Below, one piece after another: positions 12,351-28,669 of a stretch of 64,000 bases of DNA. The position numbers and the translations under genes were made by a program. Every line of letters starts with the position of its first letter. Position 1 is the first letter of the stretch. The DNA lies in assembly GCF_009914755.1 (NCBI RefSeq), contig NC_060926.1; one strand, given 5' to 3'. The notes under the pieces were generated by a model. The model was given only the letters and a program-made list of their open reading frames with translations. It did no database searches and was not told the DNA's origin. Source of the DNA: the human T2T-CHM13v2.0 reference genome, Homo sapiens.

Positions 12351-13282
12351 ATCATATTTTTAGACAAGACTCGAAGATTCCAATGATCCCAGAGCTTCCG
12401 TCTATGAGTGCGCGTGTGCACAAGAGAGCAGAAGGGTGGGGAGAACAGACCATTTCACATCTGTCTAAAGATAGCACAGGACCTTGTGACCTAAATCCTA
12501 TTCTCATATAAGGCTTGCCTTCTGTACAGTTAATGACTTCAGGGACACCAAAAATGTTACCCATCCACATCCCTCCCCCCAGGTCCTTTCCCACTGTCAC
12601 CTAATTCCAACATTTACTCAATTACTCACTAGTGATACTAATTACACTGTACAAGTGCCACGTATCAGCTATTAATATTCACCAACAGTAAAATTTAATC
12701 GGCTTTATTTTTTCTTTCTGCTTTAGATGGGGTTGAGAAAAGGAAACCTAAAAGAAAGGCAGAACAACGGAAGGGAATTTTTAAAAATCAAGAGCTCTCA
12801 TCAGCCATGGAGCAAAATAAGAAGATGGGAATAGTGCAAACACTACTCCTGTCCTCACTGATGATCATTTTACTCTAACAACAGGTTTGTGGTGATGTGC
12901 TCAGGGAGGGGGGTGGGGTGGGGGTGGGGGAGGTAGTGCAGGAACAGTGCGCTCGAGGCTCCTGCTCTCAGGCAACCTCCAATTGAGCTGAACAGCTCAG
13001 AAGAGTAGATGAGAAATTATACCATGTCCTTTCCTGTAGCTTACACAGGGCACCTAACATAAAAATAAAGGGTACCAATCCAGCTGAAGAAATCTGGGTC
13101 AGGTTCAGCTGAAAAATGAACCCCCTGAAATTAGAAAAGTGTTTTGTTCTTATCTCCATGTCTACAGAAACAAAAGCTATTTATGACAATGAGCTTATTT
13201 ATATGGCGAGCAAGTTTAACTTTTCATTGTTTTAAAATTGTTTATCATTTTATTACATAAAATACTAATAGGACATAAAGTC

Positions 13283-13576
<294 letters not shown>

Positions 13577-13735
13577 ACAAAAGTCTGGGCACAAGAAGTG
13601 TTTTCTATTCACTTACATATTCAGTACTAATCAATTAGGAAGACAGCTAAAGACCAGTACATTTAGGTATTATAAGCAACATTAAAGCTGCACAATTAAA
13701 CAACAACTTCCTCTCAAGGATGTGAACTTATGTTA

Positions 13736-14225
<490 letters not shown>

Positions 14226-14994
14226 TCAAATTCAAATGTAAATCTTAAAGTGGAAAGCTACTTAGCTAAATTTAAGAGATTCGTCATAGTGCCCCTTGGG
14301 AGATCATTCATAAGACCTCCACATCCCAATTCATCCCCTTCAAAACTCATAAACAGCCTCTATCAAACCAGTGGCCCCCACCCCAATCCCAATCCTCCCC
14401 AAAGTCATGTCCACATCTTTCAGGTGTCATTCTCTTAACATTAATTTGAAAACTCCAAACTTCAAACAAACACTGTATTTTATTGCTGTTGGTATTATGA
14501 ACTATTAAAAAAGTATTAGATTAAGTTTTAAAAATCAATATTATAATCATTTGGTGCACAATCCCACACATTTAACACTCAATTTAACTGATTTGGTATC
14601 TCACACACAACCAACACAATATGCAAGAAACAACTGCTGGGAATTGTTTCAGATGCTCTAAAGTATGTTAATTTCCAAAGCAAAATGACTTGTGCTGTGA
14701 ATTTTAACGCACTTGAAAGCCTGTACTTTCTCTCGTTCTGGAACACAAATTTTGCATGTCTGAAGAGCTGTGATTCATCTTAAGAAAACCCATCTTGTGT
14801 TAAATGGAATGGAAACTGGACTAAGTGGTCAAATGACAAGTACATTCATATTCAAGCTGTATTATAAATGCATGTACAGTAATTTATGTCTCTCAGCTAC
14901 CACAAAAGGCTCTTGATAAGCAGGTAATTTGCTAAATGGACTCCTTTATCCAAGTATTCGAAGGGCGTTACAAGAAAAATCTGCAGAGGCATTA

Positions 14995-15132
<138 letters not shown>

Positions 15133-16807
15133 TTAGAAAGGAATTACTGACATGCTTCTGATACGATAATAAATGGTTGAGCACCAAGGTGAAATTATAA
15201 AAACTACTGTTCGTATGTTAAAAATATTGCTGCAAAATATCGACCTGGAGACAGCTTTTGTGTTATCCTGTCAATGGTTATAGAAGGATAATTTTTTTTT
15301 GCATTCTGACAGATGACAAAGTTGGAAATGAGCAACAAAAGAAACAAAGTACAAGATTTTTTTTAAACAATCGGTTCAGATTCTTGAATGCTGACATATT
15401 AGATGACTAAAATAACTGCGTGCCCCGCATTGTTCTGCCATATCCTAAGCTGGATACTTTTTTTTTTCTACATTCACAGTAATTATAAAATGTAAAAATC
15501 TTCTTCCAGAAACTAAAATGAGGATTTATTTTCAGCACTGTACATTTTAAATAAAAACTAAAGCAGATTACTAACACTCTATCATTTGGTCAATTAATTT
15601 TCAAATTTCTGCCATCTAGATTCATACAGTTTCTGAAGCTGAACATACTGCAGAACTCAAACTATTGGTACTTTAAAATTAAAAATTTCACACAACCATC
15701 TTGCCCTAGCTTAAGTTTGAAACAAAACACCAACTTTTAAAACTCAAGAGCAAAAAATCACTTGACTTTTCAATAAAACCTACAGGATTTAAAAAAAGCA
15801 AAATGAAACAACAAAAACAAACAGAAAACCCCAAAACCTAGCTGGAGATTTCTGTTTGCTACACTGTTTGCGCATCTCCTGTGATGAAATTTCTGCATCC
15901 TTAATGCTCCCAGAGTTCATCTCCGGATTAGAAAATCTAAACAGGTCAAAAGGAGCAAAAGCAATTGCTCCCATTTGCCTTATCGAGCTCAGTGATGACC
16001 CTGTTGCCAACAACAGCATGCCCTGCCAACACGGACATATAAGCTGGGCAGATTGCAACAAAAGTGGGGTCACTGCTAAATTATTTTCATCAATCCCAAG
16101 AAAATCCCCCAGAGACACTACGACATGCCCATTCTCTCAGTCACTTTCAGCCTCTAAGGTCCACCCCTGCAGTCCCTGGACACAGGATTTTCTTATTCCT
16201 CCGACCAATCCTCTTTATCCCACCAAAGTACCCATTGCTCAGTTTGACTTTTCTCCCTTTGTCCCATCTGTCAACAACTTAAGTCAACAACTCATGCATG
16301 AGACTAAGAATTGCACAAAGGATTTACTTTCTCAATCTTTCACATGATTAAATAAAAATGAGACACTATTAAAAGCTCACTTCTAATATTATTACATGTA
16401 TTATACCATATTAATTTAAAAATATTCACCTACAATTCATTAAAACCACAAGGCAACAAAACTTGTCTTTGACACTAAGTATGAACTACAAACCTTTCAA
16501 AAACCTCAAAGCCTGTAACATTCTTTTTCAATAATCTCTTCCTCTCTCAAGCTGCCTGCTCATTACAAATATGAAAGTGGAGATAAATATCAGGAAGAAG
16601 AAACCCCAGATCTATTCTATAATAATATATCCTACATATGTAGAAACTGACCAATTACAACCAAAACAGATTCCAAAGTGGCAAAAGGAAAAAATTTTAA
16701 AAAGTTGCGGGTAGAGATCTTTATATTGGAATCATTTATACAATATAATAAAAGACATTAACTTTTCACACCTAATTTTGATCTTTCCTTCTGGAAAAAA
16801 TCGAGTC

Positions 16808-17010
16808 CAGAGCTCTCAAATCAAACTTCCTGTGATGATGGGAATATCATCCAATCATCCAATAACCCTATTGGCTGTCCAATAGGGTTAGCCACTAGCC
16901 ACATGGCTACTCTGATGAAGAAACAGAAATCTTAATTATATTTTATTTTAACTAATTTAAATTTAAGCAGTCACATATGACTAGTGGTTACTGAACTGGA
17001 TAGCAGAGAA
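16808..17010. mobile_element. MER3-like hAT-Charlie MITE
   Basis: ctgtgatgatgg...gctgtccaata...agccactagccacatggcta...tttaaatttaa...ctagtggttac...ggatagcag. Confidence 0.75.
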
Positions 17011-17854
17011 TTCTAGACATTTTATTTTTAGAACTGTCAAAATGAAGGGAAAAAAATTATAGGGGAAAAAGAGTACCCTCTTTCAATTTACGACCAACTG
17101 CAAAAATTAAACTATCTTAACCAAAGAAGACAGTATTATAGGGAAACTTTCACATTGGACATTTCAGAGAATTTATTGCTCTGAAATGACAGCCTTTCAA
17201 ATTTAGGAGAAGTTTTGTTGCCTTATGGTTTTAATGGATTAATGGATTTTAGGTAACACTTTTAAGTAAATATGGTATAATACATGTAAAAATATAGGCA
17301 TGAGAAGTGAGCTTTCATGTAAGCAATGACTGTGCTTACATAATATGCAGAAAGGACATTAGTTGGTGATTATATTATTTAGGATAACAAAAACAGGCCA
17401 ATTCAACAAAAATCATCAGTGACAGATATAGCATTATTTCCGAACAGAATGATACAGGAAGCCAAGAGGAACGACAGAAAATCAAGTGCTACTCTCAAAA
17501 GATAAAGTAGGGTTGTTGTTACATGATTCCTAAATTCCCTAAGAATATGGTTTAATGTTAGCAGAGATTTAAAAAAAGAGTTTATATCCCTTACTGCTCT
17601 TTGAATCAGTGGTTTCCCTCCCTTGAAAGAATTCACTACAGATAAATTATTTTGAAACATGAAGAAACTAAAAATGAAAGAAAGATGGCTTATTGAACAT
17701 TTTTAAAAGTTACTATTACTTTAGAGGTTCCATGGCTTATTGGGAAGGTTAAATGACTTTGTAAATAAAATTGAAGAAATCTTATTAGAGGTCAAGTGTA
17801 TCTGTAACACATTAGATGACAACAAAGGCAAAATAAAAATGATATTTTTTTTAA

Positions 17855-18169
<315 letters not shown>

Positions 18170-18734
18170 AAAACTATGGCTCTCAAGGTTGACCAAGTGA
18201 CCTTATATAGGAAACTGTAAAAACAGCTATTTATGGATCCAGAGTAAGACTGCCAGAATAATACTAGGGCGGTACCGCCACTTGCTACAGTAGCTCATTT
18301 GACCACCATATTATAATAAAGTTGCCTATAAAAAAGCAGCAGTTGTTTTTCACTCTGATCACTGATACAGAATGGGAAATGGGAAGAGAGGACCTAGTTG
18401 GCAATAAACAGGAACCGAACCCACAAAATATCTCTTGAAATATCTCAAGTAACATAGTTAGTTGGATAATTCGTAACTTGAACTTTCACTTCTGAATTTT
18501 CAGTCCAGCATTATTTTTAAAAGTACTCAACAATTTAACCCATGAAACAATTCTACATAGTTAGATATAACATTTTATTGGTTCAAGGGAGAGGACATGC
18601 ATCCAAAGCCCAGATTGACTTCAGGCTTTGGATCTTGGGTTCTCTTGGGTAGACACAGACGCACGGAGGAAGGCAACTCCCAAATAACCCTGGTGGATAA
18701 CACAGCTAAAAGAAAAGTCTCACTTGTATGTCAA

Positions 18735-18944
18735 ACTCAGAAGCAGAGTATGATGGTAGACACCAAAGACTGGGAGGAGGGGAAATGAGGAGATAATGGT
18801 TAAAGTACAGAGTTTCAGTTATGGAACATAAGTAAGTTCTGGAGCTCTATACAGCATAGTGCTAACAGCTAACAATACTGTATTTATACTGAAAATTGCT
18901 AAGAGGATAGATCATAAGTGTTCTCTCTCACACAAAAAAACCCA

Positions 18945-18981
<37 letters not shown>

Positions 18982-19125
18982 TTGAGGGTGGGAAAAAACT
19001 CTGGAAGGGGAAGGATATGTTTGTGGCCTTGAAGTAGGCAATGGTTCCAAGGGTGTATACTTATCCCCAAACTCACTGAGATAGATACATTAAATATGTA
19101 TCTTTTTACATGTCAATTTTATCTC
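18735..19125 (+). mobile_element. Old L1 (L1M) 3' end fragment with an internal (AAT)n at about 18948-18980
   Basis: gagtttcagtt...taagttctggag...aacaatactgta...gaaaattgctaagag...gggtgtatac is typical of L1M 3' UTRs. Confidence 0.75.
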
Positions 19126-19529
19126 AGGAAGGCTTCATAAAGATCTAGAGAAGAAGGGAAGAAGATAAACCTATGTTTCACAGGTTGTAAATTTAAGGCA
19201 AATAGACGGTCATGCTTACAACTATCTTCCAGGTCAGCAGTTTCAACCTTGGTAGATCAAGATCCATGGGAGGATTATAGTAAGAAATGATGTTTTACAT
19301 AGACAACCCAATCCACAGATACATACACACACGCATAACTGAAAGCAACTTTTCATGAAATAATATCTTTACTACAGGAAATACTTTGAAATAGTCTATA
19401 CTATTTCATTGAAACAATGTTGGTTCTGTCCCACTTAATAGATGTCATGACCCACTAATTGGCTGCAATTGCAGTTTTGAAACTACTCTAGACCAGTGGT
19501 CTTCAATGAGCAGCATGCACACTGCATGA

Positions 19530-19866
<337 letters not shown>

Positions 19867-20481
19867 TTAAATCTCTTTTTAAAAATTTCACCTTATGAAG
19901 ATTTTCTATTTTGAGTATGTTTTATAATATAGTTACATGTGATACATCAAGTACAATTTGTTATTAATCACATGCGATCAGAATGCTTAAGACATGATTC
20001 TTCAATCACTTGGGCTATGGAGTAAAATGTACATTCTCAGGCCCCACACCAAATTGGCTGAATCAGAATCTTTGTGGTGAGCTGAGAGGAATCTTCTTAT
20101 GCTACCAGAGTAAGTATCACTGTTCTAGAAGAAACCCAATGAAAATGAAAAAATAAATAAATAAATAAAATTAAAATCTGTACTTTCAGGAAGCATTTCA
20201 GAGGTCTTTGTGACCAAACTCAAAATCTAATTTTTTTTAAGTTTTCTGTCTTTGCTTCTATCTCATCACTTAATCATACTTAATTCTCAACACAAAATGC
20301 TTCTCTTTTTTCTGGCTCTCCTTCATTATCACAGAGAGGGTTGGGATGGAGAGTTTCATAATTTTCTGAGAAAAGTAATTTTAGATGATCCACACCCTTG
20401 ACCTAGTGGTTACAGATGACAGGATACTGCTCACTGTCAAATTTTCCAAGTCACTAATTAAGGGTATATCGAGTGTTCTAG

Positions 20482-20502
20482 ATATATATATATATATATA
20501 TA
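20482..20502. repeat. (AT)10 microsatellite
   Basis: read directly. Confidence 0.9.
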
Positions 20503-20830
20503 AAATTTGATTAGGAATTGAGAAAACACACAAATGACACACAGAGTACATTAAAAACCCAACAGTCCTAGTGCGACTCTTGTATCAAGACATACAAATG
20601 ATGATTCAAGACAACACACATATACACACAGACAAGTACAGTCATACAGAACATGTTTTTCAACATTAAAACACAGACACTAAATACGGCCCTATGATGC
20701 ATAACTTTAGCAACACTAGGACACTGCCAGGTTTTCTTGTGATGTGAAAGGATGGCAGGCATCCATTTTCTGCTTAGGATTCTAATATTCTAAAAGTGCT
20801 GCGGACTTAAAATTTTTTTCAGATTATTCC

Positions 20831-21158
20831 TTTTCTTTTCTTCTTCTTCTTCTTCTTTTTTTTTTTTTTTTTTTTTGAGACAGGGTCTCGCTTTGTCACC
20901 CAGGCTGGAGTGCAGTTGCGCAATCTCAGCTCAACGCAACCTCCACCTCCTGGGTTCAAGTGATACTCCTGCCTCAGCCTTTTGAGTAGCTGGGATTACA
21001 GGCACATGCCACCACGCCCAGCTAATGTTTGTATTTTTAGTAGAGACAGGGTTTCACCATGTTGGCCAGGCTGGTCTTGAACTCCTGACCTCAGGTGATC
21101 CACCCACCTCAGCCTCCCAAACTTGTGGGATTACGGGCATGAGCCACCGCGCCCAGTC
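20831..21158 (-). mobile_element. Alu (S-like) with (TTC)n/poly-T tail
   Basis: dimeric Alu. Confidence 0.95.
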
Positions 21159-21762
21159 AGATTTCTTTTTTTTAATCCAAAAACAACACGAAAGGAGGGG
21201 GAAACACAAATAAGATGTGTTCAGTACCTATGTTTTCTCTACTTCACTCTACCTTCTTCAACACATAGAAGAAATCTTTAATATTAAGTAATATTATCAT
21301 ACACTCATCATACGGAAGAAGAACTAAGGATCAGAGATAGCAGGTAATTTTCCCAAGGTCACAGAACTTTTAAGTAAGATTCAAATCTTGGTCTAAGTTC
21401 AAAGTCCATGGTGTCTTTGTTTTCTCAGGCTGCTCCCACCACAAAAGGTACATGGATTTAGATGTTGAACAAGGAACAGAATATAATAAAATTACTTTTC
21501 TGTGCATGGATATCTTAAATGAATTGTGATGGAATATAACTTAGTAAGCAAAATGTACTGCACTGTATATGGCCAGTAAAGGTGTTTTTTTTTGAAGGTG
21601 AAAAAACCTGATAAAGTTAGTTAACCATTTCATATGATTTTTATGGGTAGCTGAGGCCAATCAAGCAATTTTACTACACAGCACATTACTATTATAATTA
21701 TTGGCTAATGGCAGCCAATATTCTTTTTTAAACAAGAGGTTTAATAAATGGACTAACACTTA

Positions 21763-21972
<210 letters not shown>

Positions 21973-23777
21973 CTAAACCCAAATATTTTTGCTTTTTAAT
22001 ACCAACCCACTGTTACCACTCTATAGAGAGACACACTGACATAATTCTTCAAATATTTTAAAGACAAAGCTACAGGTTTGGAAACTACACCTTAATCTGA
22101 ATGGATGGTGCCTGAAGGGGTTTCCTCTTAAAATGATTTCTCATACCAGCTTTCTTAAGTTGATACATTATTTTCTTTGTAATAAAAATGAGAAACAGCT
22201 CTTCTGAATTTATGAAAAGACGATACTAGTTTCAAAATAAATCGCAAAATGTGTGTTAAAGTCCAAATAAACCAGAGGTATAATTTAGATTGAGGGGAGC
22301 AAAAGATTCATTTTAAAGCAATCTTTAATCTATAAGTGGGTGGTTACAATGGTTAACATTTCAGCACAATAGCACTAAAGAGAATATAGCCTATAATTCT
22401 AAAATTAGGAGATCACATTATTTGGCTACGACAGGACTTATACAAAAACATACAATTTTCAAATATACAGATATCTAACAAGTAAACTAAGCAACATTTG
22501 TTTGACTGATTAACAGTTTTATTTCACTTGTTCACAATAACTGTCAGTGAATGAAAAGATGTTACCAAAAGAGAAGTAACTACACTTTTCAGTCACTTAT
22601 ACTTTTCTGAAATAAAACTGCCTGGCTATAAACAGCCAACTGAAACTACAATCTACTCCCTTCTGTGGATAAACAAATCACAATAAAGATGGGGCATAAA
22701 TGAACTATCACGTACGGCCTTCTACGAATATAGGGCTCAATGTAAGGAAATATAAAACTTCTAATTAAGACAGAACATGATATTATTTAATGTTCAGAAG
22801 AACATTTTAAGCTACTTTAGAAGTTTCTGAACAGGCGAAAATTGTTACGCTTCTATGTATGAGTTAGGGAATGTGTGCATTAGTCCCTTAATTAAACTTA
22901 AGTGGCACTGTCAAAGAAATATTTATCCCTTTAAGCTAAATTTGGAGAAAAAAATATACGGCAACATTTATATTTGCATCTTAAGGAGAACAGTTTGGGC
23001 AAGTGAAAGTAACAATGGCAGAGATTTATCACATTTCAAGTCAGTCTTCCATAGAACAGTCCCTGTTAGTCATTAAATTTCCAAGTGCTTTACACTAGAT
23101 TTCTATGGTTGTGAACAACTGTATATTCCAGGACACTGGCAAAAAACGGAAAATAAAAACACGCTAATATGCAAGAAGAAACTCCACTATCATTTACTGA
23201 TTATTCCATCAGATACCTAGTCTATTCGGTGTATTTCACTTTTCTGAAACGGGAGAAAATAAAGACATATTTTCATTTGAGTACCAGTATCAATGCATCA
23301 CAAATTTAAGACTTTTATTTACTTATTAAAGTCACAGAATGGCTTGCTAAATAAAATATTTAAACCATGACACACAATAAGATGACTGCAATAAAATCTG
23401 CCATTCAATACCCAATGCTTTTTAGGGGGCTAAAAACTTAAGATGTAATGCAATTATTGTCAACTTCCTAACAATCGTATATAGTATTTCACTTGTTTGG
23501 AAACTCTTGTTGTTTTCTAAAACTGTGGCCTTCACATTAACTTGGTGTGGCTGTGTAATTAGTCCCTGTTAGTTTTTTTTTTAATTAGCATTTTAATATA
23601 CCAAACCCATTCACCGCACGTTTGTTTCCAATGTGACAATCACGATATACCTTTAAGTAGACTGAACTACCAGAAAAATGTTAATGTAAGCATTCAATTT
23701 TCAAAGCATTCATATTTTACTAAACATTCGAATCCTGAGATATACAAAAAAAGAAACAGGAAACTCTGAAGAGTTAT

Positions 23778-24079
23778 GGCCAGGCACAGTGGCTCATGCC
23801 TGTAATCCCAGCACTTTGGGAGGCCAAAGTAGGAGGATCACTTGAGGTTGGGAGTTCGACACCAGCCTAGACAACGTAGTGAAACGCGGTCTATACCAAA
23901 AATACAAAAATTAGCTAGGGGTGGTGGGGGGTGCCTGTAATCCCAGCTACTTGGGAGGCTGAGGCTGGAGAATCGCTTGAACCCAGGAGGCAGAGGCTGC
24001 AGTGAGCTAAGATTTGCGCCACCGCACTCCATCCTGGGTGATAGAGCAACATTCTGCCTCAAAAAAAAAGAAAAGAAAA
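23778..24079 (+). mobile_element. Alu
   Basis: dimeric Alu with A tail. Confidence 0.95.
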
Positions 24080-24255
24080 GAATTAACAGGATGAAACCAA
24101 TTAGATAAATGAAAATTCCAGAATAGAGGTAGCTCCACATTTATAATACACACTGCATTGTATTTAATTATTTAACTACTTAAATGTTTTCACTTAAACT
24201 GTACACTAACCATATATTCATTTTAGTCATTTAGCTAAATCAAAGCTTCACCAGA

Positions 24256-24528
24256 GGACGGGCGTGGTGGTGGCTCATGCCTATAATCCCAGCACTTTGG
24301 GAGGCTCAGGTGGGCGATCACTTGAGGTCAGGAGTTTGACACCAGCCTGGCCAACATGGTGAAACCCTGTCTCTACTAAAAATACAAAAAAAAAAAAAAA
24401 AAAAAAAAAAAATTAGTCAGGCATGGTGGTGGGTGCCTATAATCCCAGCTACTTGGGAGGCAGGAGAATCACTTGAGTCCAGAAGGCAGAGGTTGCGCCA
24501 CTGCACTCCGGCCTGGGCAACAGAACAA

Positions 24529-24530
<2 letters not shown>
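24256..24530 (+). mobile_element. Alu with an expanded A linker, internal deletions and a microsatellite in place of the tail
   Basis: A27 linker at 24386-24412; degenerate TSD aagcttcaccaga / aagttcatcaga encloses the Alu plus the microsatellite. Confidence 0.92.

Positions 24531-24624
<94 letters not shown>
24531..24624. repeat. Compound microsatellite (CT)25(CA)22
   Basis: counted directly. Confidence 0.98.
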
Positions 24625-24625
<1 letters not shown>

Positions 24626-24748
24626 GTTCATCAGAACATTTACATAGTATTAATCAAGCTTAATTTTATACTTCGCTTTCAAAGATGCATAGTGTGTACT
24701 CAAAGATATATAGACTGAATATGCAGCAAAGGAAAATGCCTCAGAATG

Positions 24749-25028
<280 letters not shown>

Positions 25029-25126
25029 GAAAATGACTCAGAATGAATAAAAAGTTATACTATAGGTAACTGAGGAGGCATAAGAACTTATTTTTACTTC
25101 ATACATTTTACATCAATGCCACAAAA

Positions 25127-25410
25127 TTTCTTTCTTTCTTTTTTTGAGATAGGGTCTCACTCAATCACCCAGGTGCGATCATGGCTCAATGCAGCTTCAA
25201 CCTCCGGCTCAGCTGATCCTCTCACCTCAACCTCCTGAGTAGCTGGGACTATAGTCCTGTGCCACCAAGCCAGGCTAATTTGTGTATTTTCTGAACAGAT
25301 GGGATACCACTAAGTTGCCAGGCAGGTCTCAAACTCCTGGACTCAAGTGATCTGCCCACCTTGGCCTCCCAAGTTGTTGGGATTATAGGCATGAGCCTGC
25401 AAGCCTGGCC
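25127..25410 (-). mobile_element. Alu (J-like)
   Basis: diverged dimeric Alu. Confidence 0.9.
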
Positions 25411-26017
25411 AAACCTTCTAGTTAAGTTAGGAAATTAAGAAGTTCTATAAATTTCTAAATTGATTCCTTTCCAATAAACCTCAAAACTATCAATACTAAA
25501 ATAAAAAAATTCTCTTGTGTTTATTTCCTTAATGGTAAACTATCATGAACCATCCTTGAAATCCACCCCAAAACTGAAGGAATCATTCTATGGAAAGCTA
25601 GAATGAAAAGAAATTAACAAAAGTAAAGAAAATAAGAGTAATATATGATTCTGGAACAGTATAAGAAGTCTAAGTAAAAACATAAAATTCAACTTACAAG
25701 CTCATAACAGAGGGTTAAAGACGGTCATAAAAAATTTAAAGTAGGCATAATAAAGGTGAAGATGTCTTCAGGAAAGTTTAATACTAGAGAAAGGGAAAGA
25801 GTCAAGAAACAGACCTCTAACCTTGAGATATTGCTGGATCACTTCAACACATACTAGTATAGTAATTAATGCCTTAATCATTTTTTGCTTTCAAGTAAGT
25901 TATAATATGTGCCACAAAAAGTTATTTTCAAAAAATACTTTTAATAAAAATGTATGCCAACAATAGCATTTATTACGAAAAATTTCATATGTACAGCAAA
26001 GTATGAAGAATAGTACA

Positions 26018-26694
<677 letters not shown>

Positions 26695-26853
26695 TGCTTC
26701 GTTTTTTATAGCTTAAGCATTTTTAAATACATTATAGAAATTTTGACTTTTTTCATCCCTCAATAACTCATGTGGATCTCAAAATTTCAGAACATTTCCC
26801 TATAAGTAAATCATAATACCATTATCACATCTAATAAAAATAAGAGTAATTCC

Positions 26854-27149
26854 GGCCAGGCATGGTGGCTGATGCCTATAATCCCAGCACTTTGGGAGGC
26901 CGAGGTGGGCAGATCACGAGGTCAGGAGATCGAAACCATCCTGGCTAACACAGTGAAGCCCCATCTCTACTACAAATATAAAAAATTAGCCAGGCGTGGG
27001 GGCGGACACCTGTAGTCCCAGCTACTCAGGAGTCTGAGGCAGGAAAATGGCGTGAACCCAGAAGGCGGAGCTTGCAGTGAGCTGAGATCACGCTACTACA
27101 CTCCAGCCTGGGCGACAGAGTGAGACTTCATCTCAAAAAAAATAATAAA
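26854..27149 (+). mobile_element. Alu (Y-like)
   Basis: gagatcgaaaccatcctggctaacac and ggcgtgaaccc...ggagcttgcagt; TSD aagagtaattcc. Confidence 0.93.
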
Positions 27150-27278
27150 AAGAGTAATTCCTTAATATTATCTACCACTCAGTCAATAGTTAAATTTTCC
27201 CAATTGCCCCAAAATGTTTTCGTTAAAGTATGGAAGGGGACAAGAAATATGTAAAATTTAAGTCCTATCTCTATCCTA

Positions 27279-27500
<222 letters not shown>

Positions 27501-27547
27501 TTAAATAAAAACTGGTAATCTTTTCAATATAAAAGTAGGCTAATCTA

Positions 27548-27757
<210 letters not shown>

Positions 27758-28122
27758 TTAAGCAGAAATTAATCAATAAATATGCTAAACAGAATACACA
27801 AAAATATTTAGAACTTTTTCTTATTTGATGTTGAAGAAAGCATTATTCCAAATGCTGCCTTTAGGGAAAGGAACCAAAAGTGACCGTGACCCGAAGTCGA
27901 GAAGGGAACTTTTCTCTGTACTTCTGAATTACAAACCAAAAATACCCTACCTATTAAAAAGCAATAACAAGAAGCCCCCATCACACTTTATTACACACTT
28001 CCAATCATGTTGATAAGAAGTTTGTCTTTTTAATGTTACTGAGAAAGTGCCTACTGCCGAAATCAAAATCAGAAACAGGTGACAATTCAACTATGACCTT
28101 TAGCGTTGCAAAGATCCTGGAA

Positions 28123-28228
28123 ATATATATATATATAGATATATATATATATATAGATATATATATATCTATATATAGATATCTCTATATATAGAGATAT
28201 ATATATAGATATAGATAGATAGATATAT
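28123..28228. repeat. Complex (TA)n/(TAGA)n low-complexity tract
   Basis: read directly. Confidence 0.95.
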
Positions 28229-28344
28229 GGCATATGCCACCATATACATACATACATACGTGTACCGTATGCAATATACATATATCTGTGATTGTATGCA
28301 GTGCATACGGTATACATATATCTATGATCTTTGCAAAGGCTACA

Positions 28345-28669
28345 GGTACTGGTCCGTGGTCTGTTAGGAACCGGGCTGCACAGCAGAATGTGTACGGTGG
28401 GTGGGCAAGTGAGCATTACCCGCTGAGCTCCACCTCCTGTCAGATCAGCGGCAGCATTAGATTCTCATAGGAGTGCCAACTCTATTGTGAACTGCGCATG
28501 TGAGGGATCTACGTTGTGAACTCCTTATGAGAATCTAACTAATGCCTGATGATGTGAGGTGGAACAGTTTCATCCCCAAACCATCCCCATCCCCCACCAC
28601 AACCTGGTCTGTGGAAAAATTGTCTTCCATGAAACCAGTCCCTGGTACCAAAAAGGTTGGGGGCTGCTG
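28345..28669 (+). mobile_element. MER1 (MER1B-like) hAT-Charlie element
   Basis: ggtccgtggtctgttaggaaccgggctgcacagcag...cagatcagcggcagcattagattctcatagg...aaaaggttgggggctgctg. Confidence 0.85.

Noticed and set aside
15789-16347. Overlapping 163-aa (+), 109-aa (-) and 72-aa ORFs in non-repeat intronic DNA
   Set aside because: Non-ATG starts, no recognisable domain, Ser/Pro/Cys-rich composition typical of chance ORFs, no convincing exon structure. PhyloCSF or Ribo-seq would be needed to revive them.
24417-24718. ORFs with VCVCVC/ERERER/HTHTHT/SLSLSL
   Set aside because: Artefacts of the (CT)n(CA)n microsatellite.
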